Shown: piece by piece, positions 12,311-25,954 of the stretch
How the letters are laid out: every line of letters begins with the position of its first letter
How positions within the stretch are numbered: the first letter of the stretch is position 1
Source of the DNA: Felis catus
Taxonomy: Eukaryota
Direction of reading: 5' to 3'
Assembly (NCBI RefSeq): GCF_018350175.1
Contig: NC_058368.1
Coordinates: 193,814,001 to 193,878,000, forward strand
DNA: 64,000 nt
Made by a program: the position numbers and the translations under genes
Notes under the pieces: generated by a model
What the model saw: only the letters and a program-made list of their open reading frames with translations
Databases searched by the model: none
What the model was told of the DNA's origin: nothing

Positions 12311-13649
12311 GCAAAATCAAGGGTCAAAATTTCCTCCTGAGCTGCGTTTTTTTTTGCTATCAATGGACACAGATCAATTCAGACATTTTCTTTACTACGG
12401 GAAGGAGAGGGTGCAGAGACAGAGCTTTGCTCCTCCTGAACAGTTGCTTAATGATAATGATAATGAGCCGCATTTATATGGTATCTTTCATCCAAATAAC
12501 TCTACAGGCTGAATTTATGCTCAGAATTGCTTAAAACATACTTCATAGAGTCCCAAGGGAGTATCTTTCCAAGCCCTATAACCCCTGCATTTGTTAAGTG
12601 TTCTGCGGGCTCCCTGCTTACACAGCCTGCAAAGAAAGATGGATAATGAGCAACGGCGGTGCTGTAATTAAGGCTACAGACTGACGGAAAGGAGATTTGA
12701 TCTGTTCTCACTTTCTGGGGTGTCACTGGTCCAATTCATTGATGTTTTTTTTTTCGGATTTTCCATCTTTCTCAGGGGTTCTCTGGGGAAGAATTACATT
12801 AGAGTGTGGGAGGTGTGTAGTTGAACTACTAAAAAGCAAATGTGGATATTTCAGACCTTTGTAGGAGAGTGGAGCTCTGTGGACTCACTCCTCTCTGATG
12901 AGTCCATTGCTAGGAATCTGCTTCCCAGCAGTAAGGGAGAGAAAACCAAGTTGAAATGTGTGGAGTCTTATGGTGAATTATCGAGCAGGGAGAGAGTCTG
13001 TGACCACTAAGCACGTTGCTTTTTTCTCAGTTTCTAGTAACTGTAGAGTGCTAATTTTGGCTATGGTATGCATGGATTTGTGTTGAGGCACGAGGGGGGT
13101 GATTGGGAAACCTAGTGTGACTGGGTAAGATGGCCTGCCTTCAATAGGGGTTTCCCCTTTCCATGCTCATTAGAATGACTTGTTGGGCAAATAAAGGACA
13201 AAGGGAACTTCATCTGTGAGGTTGTAATGCCTTTTCAAATCCTGGAAACAAATAGGAAAATGGTTTCAGCTCTAGATGGTAGGTACAGAAGTATTTTTGT
13301 CATAGTTTTTGTGTTTATCCCTAACTCTTTAAAAGGCCAAGAACAAAAGGTCTCAGTGACTCCTTTTAGAACTATTGACAAGGTCATTTTCTCCTACAGT
13401 ATGACCTAAGGCTCATATTATTGAAATTTCCTCTGGGGACCCTGGTAGATGTCCTTGGGTACGTTTTATATACAGTCTCTGGAAAACTTATTTCCTGAGT
13501 CTGCTTCTATTTTATAACTCTAAGCAAGAATTTGTCCAGCAAGTATCTACTCCATATCTACTTCGTCCTGTTCCAGGTCACTCACAAGTTCTGTTATTCA
13601 GGTCCAATTCCCAACCTGGGGTGATTAATAAAGGGGCAATAATCTTGGC

Positions 13650-13875
13650 TACGTTTCTCTAGTACTTTTTGCATAACATATCTGAGCCATGGGTTTGTGC
13701 ATTTTTTACTTTAATTCTCCCAATCATACATTTTGTACTTGAGGAAACTGAAGCTCAAGATTCTTTGAAACTTGAAATAATTTACTCCAGACTACATAGT
13801 TAGAAAGTGATGAAGCCAACATTTGGACTCAGGTATATTTGACCCTAGTGCCTGTATTCTTGATAACCATGCTAT
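13650..13875 (-). mobile_element. MIR SINE
   Basis: gaggaaactgaagctca...catagttagaaagtgatgaagcc. Confidence 0.65.
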
Positions 13876-15783
13876 ATCAAGACTCATTTATTTGAGGTTT
13901 CTTAATTACATAAAGACACAAATCCAGAAGATAAGGTTTCAAGGACAGTAATTTTATAGTCAGTTATGGAAAAGGCTTGTAACGACTCCTCTGACTCTGG
14001 ATTTTGTTTTCCAAGTGCTTGGTCTGTACATTTTAGGCCATTGACGGTTTGAGATGGTCTCCTCTATCTCCAGTCTTGTCTTCTGTAAGAACCTAAGTGC
14101 TTCCCATCCACATGGTTTCTTGCTTGATTTCTCCAGGCCAGTGTACAAAGATGCTCTCCATTTTTCACCTACAGCTCCTTCAGTAAAATATGTGTTCCAG
14201 TTGTCCTGGCACAACCTTTCTCTTCGCAAGTATGTGATCAGGCTAGGGATTTATGCTTTCTGAGGCTGCCCAGTTCATAGCACAGAGTGAAATGGAGTGG
14301 TAAAACTGACTGCTAGGTAGGGCATCATTAAATGGGCTGAAAGCTGACAAACTGACAAGGAGTTCATGAGTCATTGCTAGTCAGTTTCCTGGAATCTTTT
14401 CTTTTTCTATAACAGTTTTCCTAAGAACAGAGATATACATACCTATGTAACTCCAGATATGCTTCAAATGACCCTTAAAGGCTACTCACCTTTTTCCTTG
14501 ATTGGCAAGTGCCCTTAAGTAAGGGTTAAACTATTTCATCCCTTAGGGGTAGTAAAAAATTCATACCATTTGGACGTGAAAACTTTGGATTAGGGGACAT
14601 AGCAGGCACGTGTCGAATAAATAAATGAATTAATGAAGGCAGTGTTTTCTAAAGGTGGAATGAATACCACAAATATGCAGGTGGGTTGGGGTGTCATGGA
14701 CATTTTCTGAACTTTAATAGTTATATTTAATTGGTATTAGAATGAGAGAAATGAATACATGAAAGTGTACACTAGAGTAAAATTTAAGTAAAAGTGAGTT
14801 ATTTTGCAGAAAATAGAGTTGAACAAATATGGCATATATTCATACTTAACAGATGAAACTCTGTCTTCAGAAACAGTAGGTGAATTTTTAATAAGATGTA
14901 CATTTTAATAATTCAAGTAGAAATAGAAAAGATGTGTTGAGTGTAGAGGCAGGAGCCATTGAAATGAAGAGGGGAGGAAAAGATCCATGCCTGATGCTAT
15001 GAATTTAAAGAACGCTGGTTATTCCATGTTTTGTCTATAGGTTTATCCTCTCTTCTTTATTAATTGGGTTCTTACCATCATCCTGTCTAGGAAGCCCTAT
15101 TACCAGAGGTTAGAAAAGTTTTGCAGCTGCTGTTTGTTGAGATAAATCCCATCCTCATTTCTTGGGACCAAAAAAATAAATAAATTTATTTTTTCCTCTG
15201 GGTGGGAAATAGATAAGGAGGGAAGAATTCCAGGAAATCTGAAGGCATGACGTTTTATCCAGTAAAAGTCATGAAGCAGTCATGGTGGGCCGAGGGACTG
15301 GCATCACTTTGTAATGACCTCCTAGTCTTAGAAATAATCCACAAAGACCTTAGAAAATCATTTTGTTTGGGACCATTTGGCTACTTTGAAGATGAGAGTA
15401 TCTGAGACCCAGAGATAAGCAGTGACTTGAGGGAAGCCACACAGTGACTGGAAAATTCCCCTTTTCATCAGTTTGGGAGCTGATGATGGATGCATACAAG
15501 GTGTTTAAGTAGCCCGGGAGTTCCTGGGGACAGACAGCTTTGGGGAGAGGTGTAAGGAAATGTTTCCATAAATCTCCTTTTGGTAGTTGAGAAAGTTGGA
15601 CTATATATTCTCCAGGTATGTCCAGCTTTTTATTTTAGTAAAGCAATAACTAATTTTCTTGAATCAAAGACATTTGGGGAATATAACCAAAACTATGAAT
15701 CTTCTCCCCAGAAAAACATGTGGAGAGCTAAATTTTGCATTTAATGGGATATAGCCTTCCCCTCATTTTAATGTTAAGACCCC

Positions 15784-16220
15784 TGTAGTGGGCTAAATGG
15801 TGGCCCCCAAAAAGATGTGTCCATATCCTAGTCTCAGAAACTTATGGATATTACTTTATATGATAATTGTGAATATTAACCTATATGCCAAAAGATGTGA
15901 TTCAGTGAAGAATTTTGAAAGGAGGATCTTATGTGGATTATCCAGGTAGGCCCTAAATCCAATGATAAATGTTCCTAAGAGAGTGAAGCAATCAAAAGTG
16001 GAGAAAGAAATATGACCATGGAGGCAGAGATGGGCATGGTGTGGCCACTAGTCAAGAATGCCAAAAGCCACCAGAGGTAGTAAGAGGCAAAGAATGGATG
16101 GCCACACGAGCAACTTGATTTTGGATTTCTGTCTCTAACACTGTGAAATAATAAGTTTCTGTTGCTTTAAGTCATCCAGTTTGTGATAATTCATCATAGC
16201 AGCCAAAGGAAATAAATAGA
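15784..16220 (+). mobile_element. MLT1C-like MaLR solo LTR
   Basis: tgtagtgggctaaatggtggcccccaaaa...gcagccaaaggaaataaataga; 5-bp TSD ACCCC at 15779-15783 and 16221-16225. Confidence 0.88.
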
Positions 16221-16950
16221 ACCCCCTACTTGAGAAAGTAAGCATGAAGCTCTCAAGAGCTCAAGATTAAGAAACATGTGCAAAGAAGGGGCAGCATAAT
16301 TTTCACTATGCTGGCTGTGTCCACATGACCTTCAGTTTAAATTTTCCATACATCTAGTTCTTTTCTATCTACCTGGACTTATTTATTTTTCCCATGTCTT
16401 TTGATCTATGTGAATGGAAAACTTTCTGAAGAATATGTCTTTCCCTCATCTGATGGGGATAAACCTAAGAGTCATGATGGATGCATTCTGGTATAAACTG
16501 GCTGATTTGATATTTGCTGAAATATTTTATAATATTCCACAAAGTTTGATAAGAGATAATATGTTCCTATATTAACATAAATTTTAGCATATGTAATTAA
16601 ATTGAAGAGGGTAAAGCAATAATTAGATCCTCCTTCTACGAGGAGATTACAAGAATAAAGAAATCACAGTTTGGATTGAATGATCAATGGAGAGACCAGA
16701 GAGAAGCAGAACCTGTTTCTGCTGGACAGGATTTGAAGAAAAACTCTATGTAAGACCAAGACCTGTCAGGAGATGAAATATTACTTTTGGATGAATGCTA
16801 ACACTCAGCCTGAGCCCTTAGGTGGCTGGTTCCCTAACTTTCATGTGTTCAAGACTAGCCCCAAAAGCTTATTAAGATGCAGATCCCAGGGCCTTTCACA
16901 GCCATCTGTCAAATCACCTTAAGGAAAAATGACTAGGGCATTGACTATTT

Positions 16951-16963
16951 ATTTATATTCTTT

Positions 16964-17013
<50 letters not shown>

Positions 17014-17141
17014 ATCCCAAGCAAGCTCCACACTGTCAGGGCAGAGCCCAACATGGGGATTGAGCCCATGAACCATGAGATTATGACCTGAGCCTAAATC
17101 AAGAGTTGGATGCTTAACTAATTGAGCTGCCTAGGTGCATC
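16951..17141 (-). mobile_element. Can-SINE (SINEC_Fc3-like) with (GA)n tract
   Basis: agaatcccaagcaagctcc...gagattatgacctgagcctaaatcaagagttggatgcttaac; (GA)n at about 16968-17009. Confidence 0.92.
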
Positions 17142-17157
17142 AGAACACTGACATTTT

Positions 17158-17370
17158 ATTAAAAAAATTTTTTTTAATATTTATTTTTGAGAGAGAGAGA
17201 GCATTAGTGGGGGAGAAGCAAAGAGAGAGAGGGAGACACAGATTCCAAAGCAGGCTCCAGGCTCCAAGCTGTCAGCACAGAGCCTGACGTGGGGCTTGAA
17301 CCCACTTACTGTGAGATCATGACCTGAGCCAAAGTCAGATGTTTAACCGACTGAGCCACCCGGGCACCCC
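17158..17370 (-). mobile_element. Can-SINE (SINEC_Fc2-like)
   Basis: gagggagacacaga...gcaggctccaggctc...gtcagcacagagcctgac...ctgagccacccgggcacccc. Confidence 0.95.
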
Positions 17371-17859
17371 AGGGCACTGACATTTTAAACAAGCTTCCCA
17401 GTGGTTGTTTTTCAAGTAATCCATGTGGAATATTTTCAAACTTAATACCTCACAGACTCTCCAGAGCACTGTCTTGATGGGACCCAAAGAAAGGTTATTA
17501 AAATCTAAGTGGAAGAAGTCATTGATAGTACCTCCTTTGCTACCCTGTCCAACTAGAGAGAATGATCATATCCTGAAACTATCGTGTATTGGTACTGGCT
17601 TGGGAGAGGAAGAATAATAGGTGATTGGTTTAACTTTTTTTTTTTTTTTGTCTAAACTGACATCCTGTCTTTTGTTAACTGTCTGGTGTTTGGTGATTAA
17701 TTTGATCACGTGGACGTGTCGGGTAGATCTGAGAAAAGATGACTGTCCCTTTTCCAACATCCACCAAGCCAGGTTATAGCCTCCTGAAACTCTTATGTGT
17801 GCCAAATTTTCTCTCTAGTCTTATTTCTAGTACCTCTGCATGTGCAATATTCCTACTTC

Positions 17860-18270
17860 ATTCAGAGTTGCTAGTAGAAAACAGTAGAAGCTGCCTCTAG
17901 TTATCTTAAAAAGAAAATTAAATTTATTGAAAGAATATATGGTAGTTAACAATAACATTCAGGGGGCCAGTGAGCAAAGCTTTGAGGCTCTGAAGCCAAG
18001 AACAATACTCAAAATCATGTCTCAAACTGCTCCAGTGAAGATATTCTATACCTGGTTGCTTGGAAATGGCCCCTACCTCCTTAAACTTCCAGCTTCTGAC
18101 TAATAGCTCGCAATAGGAACATTTGATTTGGCAAACCGAAGTCATGTGTTGATATCTGAACTGGAAGGACTGATTGGAAGAAAGATCATGTGGTATTTGC
18201 AGCTTCAATACTGGTGGGCCAATTCTGCCTTAGATGGTAGGAAACCCCTCAAACTTGGGAATAGGTTCAA
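17860..18270 (-). mobile_element. Old MaLR LTR (MLT1M/N/O-like)
   Basis: gctgcctctagttatcttaaaagaaaa...aatttattgaaag...catttgatttggcaaaccgaagtcatgtg. Confidence 0.45.
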
Positions 18271-19568
18271 GTATTACATGACCAATTTTTTTTTTAATTT
18301 AACTTTTTTCTTGCCTCCTCTATAGTGCTTAACCATTCTTCAAGTGCCAACCCAAATTTAGTTTCCTCTACAATTTTCTTAGTAACCCAAACCACACTGA
18401 CTTCTCTCTAGTCTATCTCATGACTAGACTGAGGCCTGTCTGCAGTTGCCTCATGTGCATATGTCTGTTTTCCCAAAATCAATTGTCAAAAATTGGCTAC
18501 TTAAACACCTAAGTGTCAGAGATCATGTGTGGCTCTGTTGGAGGTCATCAGCTAATACTTGTTGCTTGGTTTCGGTAATTTATATTTTTCTGGGTAAAAT
18601 CATTACCTGTGGTCTGGGAGATGAATATAAGCATAATAAATACAGCGTTTAATAGCAGGAAGATGAGAAGCTAACACAGCATGGACTCAATCACAGAGGA
18701 AATAAACTTTGGAGAAAGACTTAGAAAAATGTGTGACCTATTCTAACTATGAGATCACTTTCAAAGTGACTGGAAGATCATATTTAAATCAGATAAATAG
18801 CCTTTTTGTCTAACAGCAGACCCCACTTGAAATTTTCCCATAATTTTTCTGTGCTCTTGGGGTAGGCACAGTGGGATAGAACATAAGTGAACACTTTATA
18901 GAAACTTTCTTGTGAGCTTGTTCTTCTAATGATGTCCCTTGCACAATAGTGTCTATCATATTCTGTCTTTGAAATATTTAGGGAAATGTATCTCTACTTT
19001 CTTCTCCAGTCTCATCAGAGTTTGAACAAACATCAGTAATTCCTTTGCATTTAAATCTGTCATTAGCAAAGGACTCGATATTTGAGTAACCTCGGGTTCC
19101 CTGATCTGATCAACAGCCTGTGAGAACAGATGAGATCACACTAGTTGTTATCTGACAAATTAATTTCCTTCAAATTTCCCTCAAATGATCTTCCCTATGA
19201 AATCCAGATAGAGAATTTTCCTCTTCTTCCCCTACCTATGAGGAGGGTTTTCTCAAATCACCAGAAAGGTGTGCATGGGTGCTTGTTGTGTCTATGCTGC
19301 AGAGCACCAAGCTGCACGGGGTATATTAGCTAATGTGGGAGCCTCCCTGGCATCATGGCTGTACAAGGTATGTGGTGTGTAGTCAAGCGAGGGAAAGCTA
19401 CTCAGCCCTTAGCAGTTAATCATTAGATGGTCCTCAAAGCATGCTACTTGGGTCTGCCAAGTTTCTTCTAATAAAGAAACTGCACAGTTCTTTAGTCTTT
19501 CAGGAGTAACTAGAATCTTCTTCCTGCCTCTTCTCTCCCTCTTTCAACTCCTGTCTTGACATATTTAG

Positions 19569-19574
19569 GATCAG
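19569..19574 (+). other. Candidate 6-nt microexon, recursive splice site, or 3' end of a 71-nt exon
   Basis: 53-nt AG-free pyrimidine-rich tract, then TAG|GATCAG|GTAAGTAT (full U1 complement). Confidence 0.3.
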
Positions 19575-20561
19575 GTAAGTATGGATCCATAACCGCTATC
19601 CCAGTATATGTCAGATCTAGACTTCTCTGCTGTGATGACTATGTCATTACTACTACATCAAGATGGTTCTGCTTGGTATCTTCATTCTGTGGAATGCACA
19701 GTCTTGCAGGAGGCCCTCGACCTCCACTCAAAGGGATTCACAGCTTCAGCAAGCTGAGGAGGAGATTTGAATGTATGGGGGTGAAAAAAGGAAGTGGGAG
19801 GACAGACCCTTCCAAGTAGTCCTGTCCTGAGACCTCAAACTTTTAAATGATAATGTCCCTTGTTCCCAATCACTTCCTGAGCATGATAATTTGCTTCTAA
19901 ACCTGATCAAAGATATTGCATAGAAAGGACTGTTAATAAACCTCTGCTTTTCTATTTCTTCAACTTATGTTGTCCTTGTTCATGGAAAAATCTAATGCTG
20001 AAATCTTGACTCTCAGGAGGCTGACCATGAAGACATTGAATACTATAGCCACTGAGACAGCAAATCTCACCAAGAAAATGTCTATATAAGTGTCTGGTTC
20101 CTCATGCCTAAGCCAGGTACTCCCGGAGTATTGACTCCTTAGGCTGAAAGTTTCTATTTTCTCTGTTGTGTTCTTCTTCCCATGGCATCTTTGCCCCAGG
20201 AATCCATGGATTTGACATGGAAGCAGAAAGAGTGAGTCTTGAGAGCCCAGTGTAGTAAAAGCAAAGGCAGATGTGGGCTAAGGAGATAGAAACCTAATTG
20301 GAACACCACACTCTGAGAAGACTCCGAAACAAGGACAGGTTAGGTACATCACAAATTGTTTTATTTAACAGGCACTTACTGAACATTTTTTATGTGTAGG
20401 CATTGCACTATGCTCAAGCATAGTAGTTATTAGAGCTGGGCATTGGATCAGCTGTAGTTTGTTTTATTTTAAAATAACCATGTTGGGTCCTGCCCAAACC
20501 TACCTATACCTAATCAATTTCTTTGGGGATAGAGTCTGCAGATCTAGATGGAAACAAAATA

Positions 20562-20563
<2 letters not shown>

Positions 20564-20607
<44 letters not shown>
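20564..20607. repeat. (CA)22 microsatellite
   Basis: Perfect CA run seen directly. Confidence 0.97.
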
Positions 20608-20609
<2 letters not shown>

Positions 20610-20949
20610 TTTCCATAATTGATTCTATGCTCATTCCTTTTTAATAGCTTTTTAACCATAGTGTCCAAATGGAAAATTCACAGTTCTTGTTCTTGAGATG
20701 TTAACAGCCTAGTAGCAAGGACTAGTAAATATCTCAACAGTTAGAACAAAGTGAGTCTTCTTTACTGATTTAGAATGTTCATGAACAATGTATTTAAATT
20801 TGTCCCCCATCTTCTTATATCCATGAAAAAAGGAAATGGTGTCATTTTCTTAACTAAAACCTTCTTTGGTTTGGAATCAAACCAGCATCATGGTAATTGG
20901 AACTTTTCTCTTTTTTTTTCTATTTTTTGTACTGATCTGATAATAAAAC

Positions 20950-22600
20950 AATGAAGTTCTCCTTGCTGGATAGTGTCATTTAGGGTGGATGTTTAAAAAT
21001 CTTTTCATTGAGGTGAAATCTGGTTACTTCTTTTAATTAGTTTGTTTCAATTTTCTACTGTTTTGGGTTGTTTTGATAATTGCTGTTTTTCTAGAAAACC
21101 TGCCATTTTGTTTTCTATTTATCTCTGACATTCAGACAACAGATAGAAACTCTGTCCTACTACCAGTTAGGTCTCTTTCTTCTTTCCTAGTATTTGTTTT
21201 CCTCCAATAAGCCCTAGCTAAACCTTTGTCTATTTTCTAAAGATAAAGCTTTTGAATTTATTTGCTTTTATTTACTTTCACATTAGGTCTTCTATTAGAT
21301 GAGTTTCTGCTTTTATCTGTTTTTCATTTGGTTTATAATGTACTATTTCAGCTTTTGTAGATGAATATTTGTATTTATTTAAAACCTTGCTTTAAAAAAA
21401 AATTGAGCACGGCTATAATTCTACTTCCGAGTACCATTTTTAAAATCTGCTTCCTACTGGTTGTAACATAGGATCTTTCAATTGTCATTTGGCTATAAGA
21501 TTATCATTTGTAACTTGATTTTCTTTGCATCACATGAGAGAGTTTAAGCTTCCAAATTTAAGACTCTCTTCTTATTGCTGATTTCTAGTCAAACTCTATT
21601 GCTGTCAGTGATCCTTTGTGACATGGTACCTAGTCTAGCTTTCTTTATGTTCTCTGAGTATTGAAACATGTATATCTATTGCTTATTAGGGGCAGGAACT
21701 TGTATACTCAAGTGTGCTACCAAATTTTCTTAAATTAATACTGCCCAAAATAATATTAAAATAAAATTATTACAAGTAGCTTAGAAATCTTTTACTAATT
21801 TTTTCTTACACTTTCGTGACCAAGCATATTCAAGAGCATGCAAGATCTTTTAATTTTGAAAATAATTCAGACTGCCAAACAAATTGCAATAATAGTAAAA
21901 GAATGTATACATATTTATCTAGATGCACCAACTGTTACTATTTTACTCCATTTGTTTTATGTGCATACTCTATGCTTGCAAATGTATATACACATATTTT
22001 TTTGAATAATTTAAGGATAAATTATATCATGGCCCTTTAAGCTGGATACTTAAGTATGTATTTTTTTTTAATAATAGGGATATTTTCTCAAATAACAAAG
22101 AGTAGTTATTGGGTTCATTAAACTTACATTGACGGAATATGGATAGTATACTTAAGTGTTCCATTTTTGTCAGTTGACCCTATGTCTCTGATAGCATCTT
22201 GCCCTGATAGCACAGAACCCAGTCTGAAGGTTGATACTGCCTTTAGCTGACACGTCTCTAATTTGGTGTATTTCCATAGTCTCTCTTTGTCATTTATGAT
22301 ACTGACATTTTTGAAGAATAAAATATGTAGCCCCTCCCTTTTTTAATGCAATGTTTCTCCTTTTGGTTTTATATGTTATTTGCTTAGGATTGATTTATAA
22401 ATGATGACTTCTCAGTCGACAAACCACCTAGGTAGCATGTCATTTTCAAGGCATCACCTTGGAGACACCCTATGTGTGTCTGCCCCTCATTAGTGATCTC
22501 AAGTTTGATTACCCAAAGTGTGGTCTTACGTCTCCGTTGAATGATATATATGTTATGTGTATGTATATAATTATGTCTATAATTTATTTATTTTTTTACT
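20950..22600 (-). mobile_element. Old antisense L1 fragments (L1ME body plus an L1MC-like 3' end at about 21850-22560)
   Basis: T-rich decayed L1 sequence; ttttgaaaataattcagact...aattgcaataatagta...agggatattttct typical of L1MC 3' UTR antisense. Confidence 0.55.
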
Positions 22601-22607
22601 TTACAAC

Positions 22608-23003
22608 TGACTAAGACAGATTAAACAGCATAGACCCCATGCACAACTTGGTGTGGATGTTGAGCTTGATTGACAATGCCAGACGCATATCAAGAGGGGG
22701 TGAACAAGATAAGTTACCCAAAGAGGTGTTTTTTATTTGTCTGGAGGAAACAGGACAGGTTTCCCAAGCTGGTCCAAACACGGCTTGAGAGAGAATAAGG
22801 AAGGGAAGGGGGTGTAGCCTGGATGAAGATTTTCATAGGTGGGCGGAGGCTTAATTGACTTGAAACTCCTGTCAGCACCAAGAGAGGGAACACCTGGCTT
22901 TCTTACAACCTTTCCCAGATGGGGGCCAGAAAGGGAAGAGAGAGGGTTGAGGCTTATAGCCTATTGACAAACATCAAATAATGAAGTCAGGCTCTTCACT
23001 GCA
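22608..23003 (-). mobile_element. ERVL-type solo LTR (MER54/MER74/MER76-like)
   Basis: Terminal aaacatcaaataatgaagtcaggctcttcactgca resembles the reverse complement of tgtaataaagagtctgactccatttttgatgtttg. Confidence 0.5.
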
Positions 23004-23099
23004 GAAGTCATGTCTTGATTCTCAGCATAATATCCCACATTAATGATACTTGCACACATTGGTCTGTTATGTTCAAAGAACATTGCTGATTTTCTATCA

Positions 23100-24150
23100 T
23101 CCTCACCCCGCCCCCCTACGTTTATCAGTCAGCCCTCAATGTTTTACTGTCAGCAAGAGCCCTCCCTCCAGAATCTGTCCTCTTTCTTAGGACTGTATGG
23201 TAATCTAGTGACTTCAAAATGAAAGTTTAATTAAAACAACTGTAATTGTTTTTGTAGTCACCTAAAATTTTACCAGTATTTTAAATCAAGATTTGTGTTC
23301 ATCGTACTTGTGTAAACTGCATGCCTTCCCTTTGAGTTCACTTTTCTTTCAATAGTTTTTTTGGTTTGGATAAATTATCTTAGTCTTCATATGCCTGTAA
23401 AGTCTTTATTTTGTTCTGGGTTTTCAGTGATTGGTTTGGTAACATTTCTTGAATGACTGCTTTTCCTCAGCCCTGCCCAGAATGGACCTCTATTGTTGCT
23501 AATGAAAAGTCCGTTTTCAATTTAATTGTCATTCCTTTGAAGATAATTGGTCTCTGATCCTTGGTAATATGTAAGATTTTTTCCCCCCTTGGGGGTGATT
23601 CTACTGTGTCTACATGTGGACTTAACTCTAATTATCCCTCTTGCCACTAGCAGTTCTTTATTAATCCAAAATGTGATTTTTTTCTTTCATTCTAGAAAAA
23701 AAAATCTACTTATATTCAACTAACGCTTTTTCATCTTTGCTTCTTTGTTCCTTTTATGTGTTAGAATGCTCAATCTATCTTTCCTATCTTTTCTTGTTCT
23801 TTCATCATTCTTTCTCCCCTCTCTATCTCTCTGGTTATTGTTGCCTGCTGGGCAGTGTTTGGGATAAGATGTTTACAACACAGAGAGCTCTATCCCCTTC
23901 TTTAATAATGGGAAGTTTTTGTTGTTGGTTTGCTATTTAACTCAATAGAAGAACATCTATTGGTATTGTTCTCGGACAATGATGCTCTGAAGATTTCATT
24001 GATGCTATTTAATTGACACAGTTTCCAGGGTAGCAAACAACTTGAATAGTAGTACTTGTATTACTTCCATTTTTTGTGTTTGTTACTTTTAACATTACCC
24101 TCCTTAATATGTTTTCTTCTCACTCCTCCATACTTGGGTGATTTATTTCT
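23100..24150 (-). mobile_element. Old antisense L1ME fragments
   Basis: tgttgctaatgaaaagtc...tttaattgtcattcctttgaagataatt L1M motif. Confidence 0.5.
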
Positions 24151-25579
24151 TGAAAATTTATCCAGTAGCAAATTTTGTTGTGGGGGAGGACAAAAAATCT
24201 GGTGAAGACTCATTTTTGATCCTGAATGTTATTTTGGACTCTGATTTTGAGGGCATACTTATCCATGAAATTATCTTTGTTTTAAGTTCATATAAATATC
24301 CAGTTAAATGACTGATTGGTCAACTATTTTTAGGTTTAGATTAATGTGAATTTCAAGCTTAGTACAAATAATGAATACAGTTCTGAGTTTAAGCCAGTAG
24401 TGATTTTTGACACTATGAAAGATGTTCTCCATTTTAACTATTATTGAAAAAGTTAAACCCTGGGTATGAATAAAGAAACACAAAGACCTCTTCCACATAT
24501 AATGAGCTCACATCAAGTGGTGTATAGGTAGCATAGAAAATGCACTCATCTAGACACTTAGATTTTCTTGTGAGGACAAGTGTTCAAATATTCTGATATG
24601 AATGACAACTATTTCAGTCAATCACCCAGACTTTCAAATTTGATATGAAGCCTGTCTATTCATAGTGATATTTTTCAGTTGTTTGCACTCAATTAAGAGT
24701 TGTCTCTACACTTAACTAGTTCTGTGCCTTTCCCTTCCATAAGTTCTTCATGTATAGATGCAGTCAACTGATGTTTTAACTTGTCAAATCAGTCTAACTA
24801 TTTACTCCAACTCTCAATAATACGTGTTAGCCCGGTGTTGGTGAAAGAAAATGCAAATATATTACCACCCTATCGTCCCACCACCCCCTCCATTTTGCCA
24901 ATCTTAAATCCAGTGTTCATTCCTGATGAGGATGTTAAGGAGTCTGTAACAAAACCAGATCTTTAGTCTTCTCCCTTGAAAGGTGGTCTTTTTTTAAACT
25001 TGCATTCAAGTTGCACCTGGTTTTGTTTACACAGTTATTCTTGCTTATGTTTGCCCAGGCCGGTAGCACTTCTCAAAGTGGTGAAGATGACTTTTTCAGG
25101 GGCGGCTGAAATCACAGTGGGAGAGTCAGAGACACAGAGCACTCTGAAAGCAAGGCTCGGTGGCAGGTGAAAATTTGATTCTGAGAGGTGCAATGGCAAT
25201 TTCGAAGCCATAATGCATCGTCAGCTTCCCCCCAAGTGACCTGTGCACCTGCTCTCTCTCCATATATTTACATTTTCTCAGGATATAGTAGTATGAAAAA
25301 GAAAAGAAAAGCAAAGCAATACCATGGGTTCTGTCATATTGAATTGAATTTCAGAACTGGCTAGGGCAAGGATAACAAGGGTGATAAATGTGCAGGAAGA
25401 AAGCTAGCTGCTTTTATCCCCCCCAGTAGATTTGCAAGATTTTCAGTTGGAAGGAGTTAAAGAGGTCCACTGTTTGCTCTGGGGAGGCCTGATACCCAGA
25501 CTCACAGAAACCTGCAGACTTTGCCCTTTCCTTCTGAGAAGAGGCTGATGAATTCTGTTTCTCCCATGTCTAATAGTTA

Positions 25580-25794
25580 TTTTTTTTTTAATTTTAAAGG
25601 TTTTATTTATTTATTTTGAGAGAGACATGGACAGCCTGAGTGGGGGAGGGGTAGAGAGAGAGGGAGAGAGAGAATTCCAAGCAGGCTCCGTGCCATCAGC
25701 CCAGAGGCCAGTGTGGGGCCTGAAACCATGAGATCATGACCTGAGCCAAAACCGAGAGGTGGATGCTTAACTGACTGAGCCACTCAGGTGCCCC
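25580..25794 (-). mobile_element. Can-SINE (SINEC_Fc3-like)
   Basis: ttttatttatttattttgagagaga...gagatcatgacctgagcc...actgagccactcaggtgcccc. Confidence 0.93.
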
Positions 25795-25954
25795 ATCCTG
25801 TTTCTGATAGTTCTTACACACTCCTTCCAATATTAGGGTGGGTGCAGCCACTGAGACCTTTGTGTTTCCTTTTTGCTGGAGATTCTGTGCTTGGGTTTTA
25901 GGTAAAGGAAAACATGAAGCAAGTATCTTACTATAAGGTAGCTATAAGTAGTCA

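Larger units (their letters stand above)
16825..17432. mobile_element. MER5-like MITE split by two SINEs
   Basis: agcttattaagatgcagatcccagggc on the left continues as cattttaaacaagcttcccagtggtt on the right. Confidence 0.55.

Noticed and set aside
24280..24830. Unique-looking block considered as a processed pseudogene or ancient LINE
   Set aside because: The frames I translated contain stops and no recognisable motif, so it cannot be supported without a homology search.
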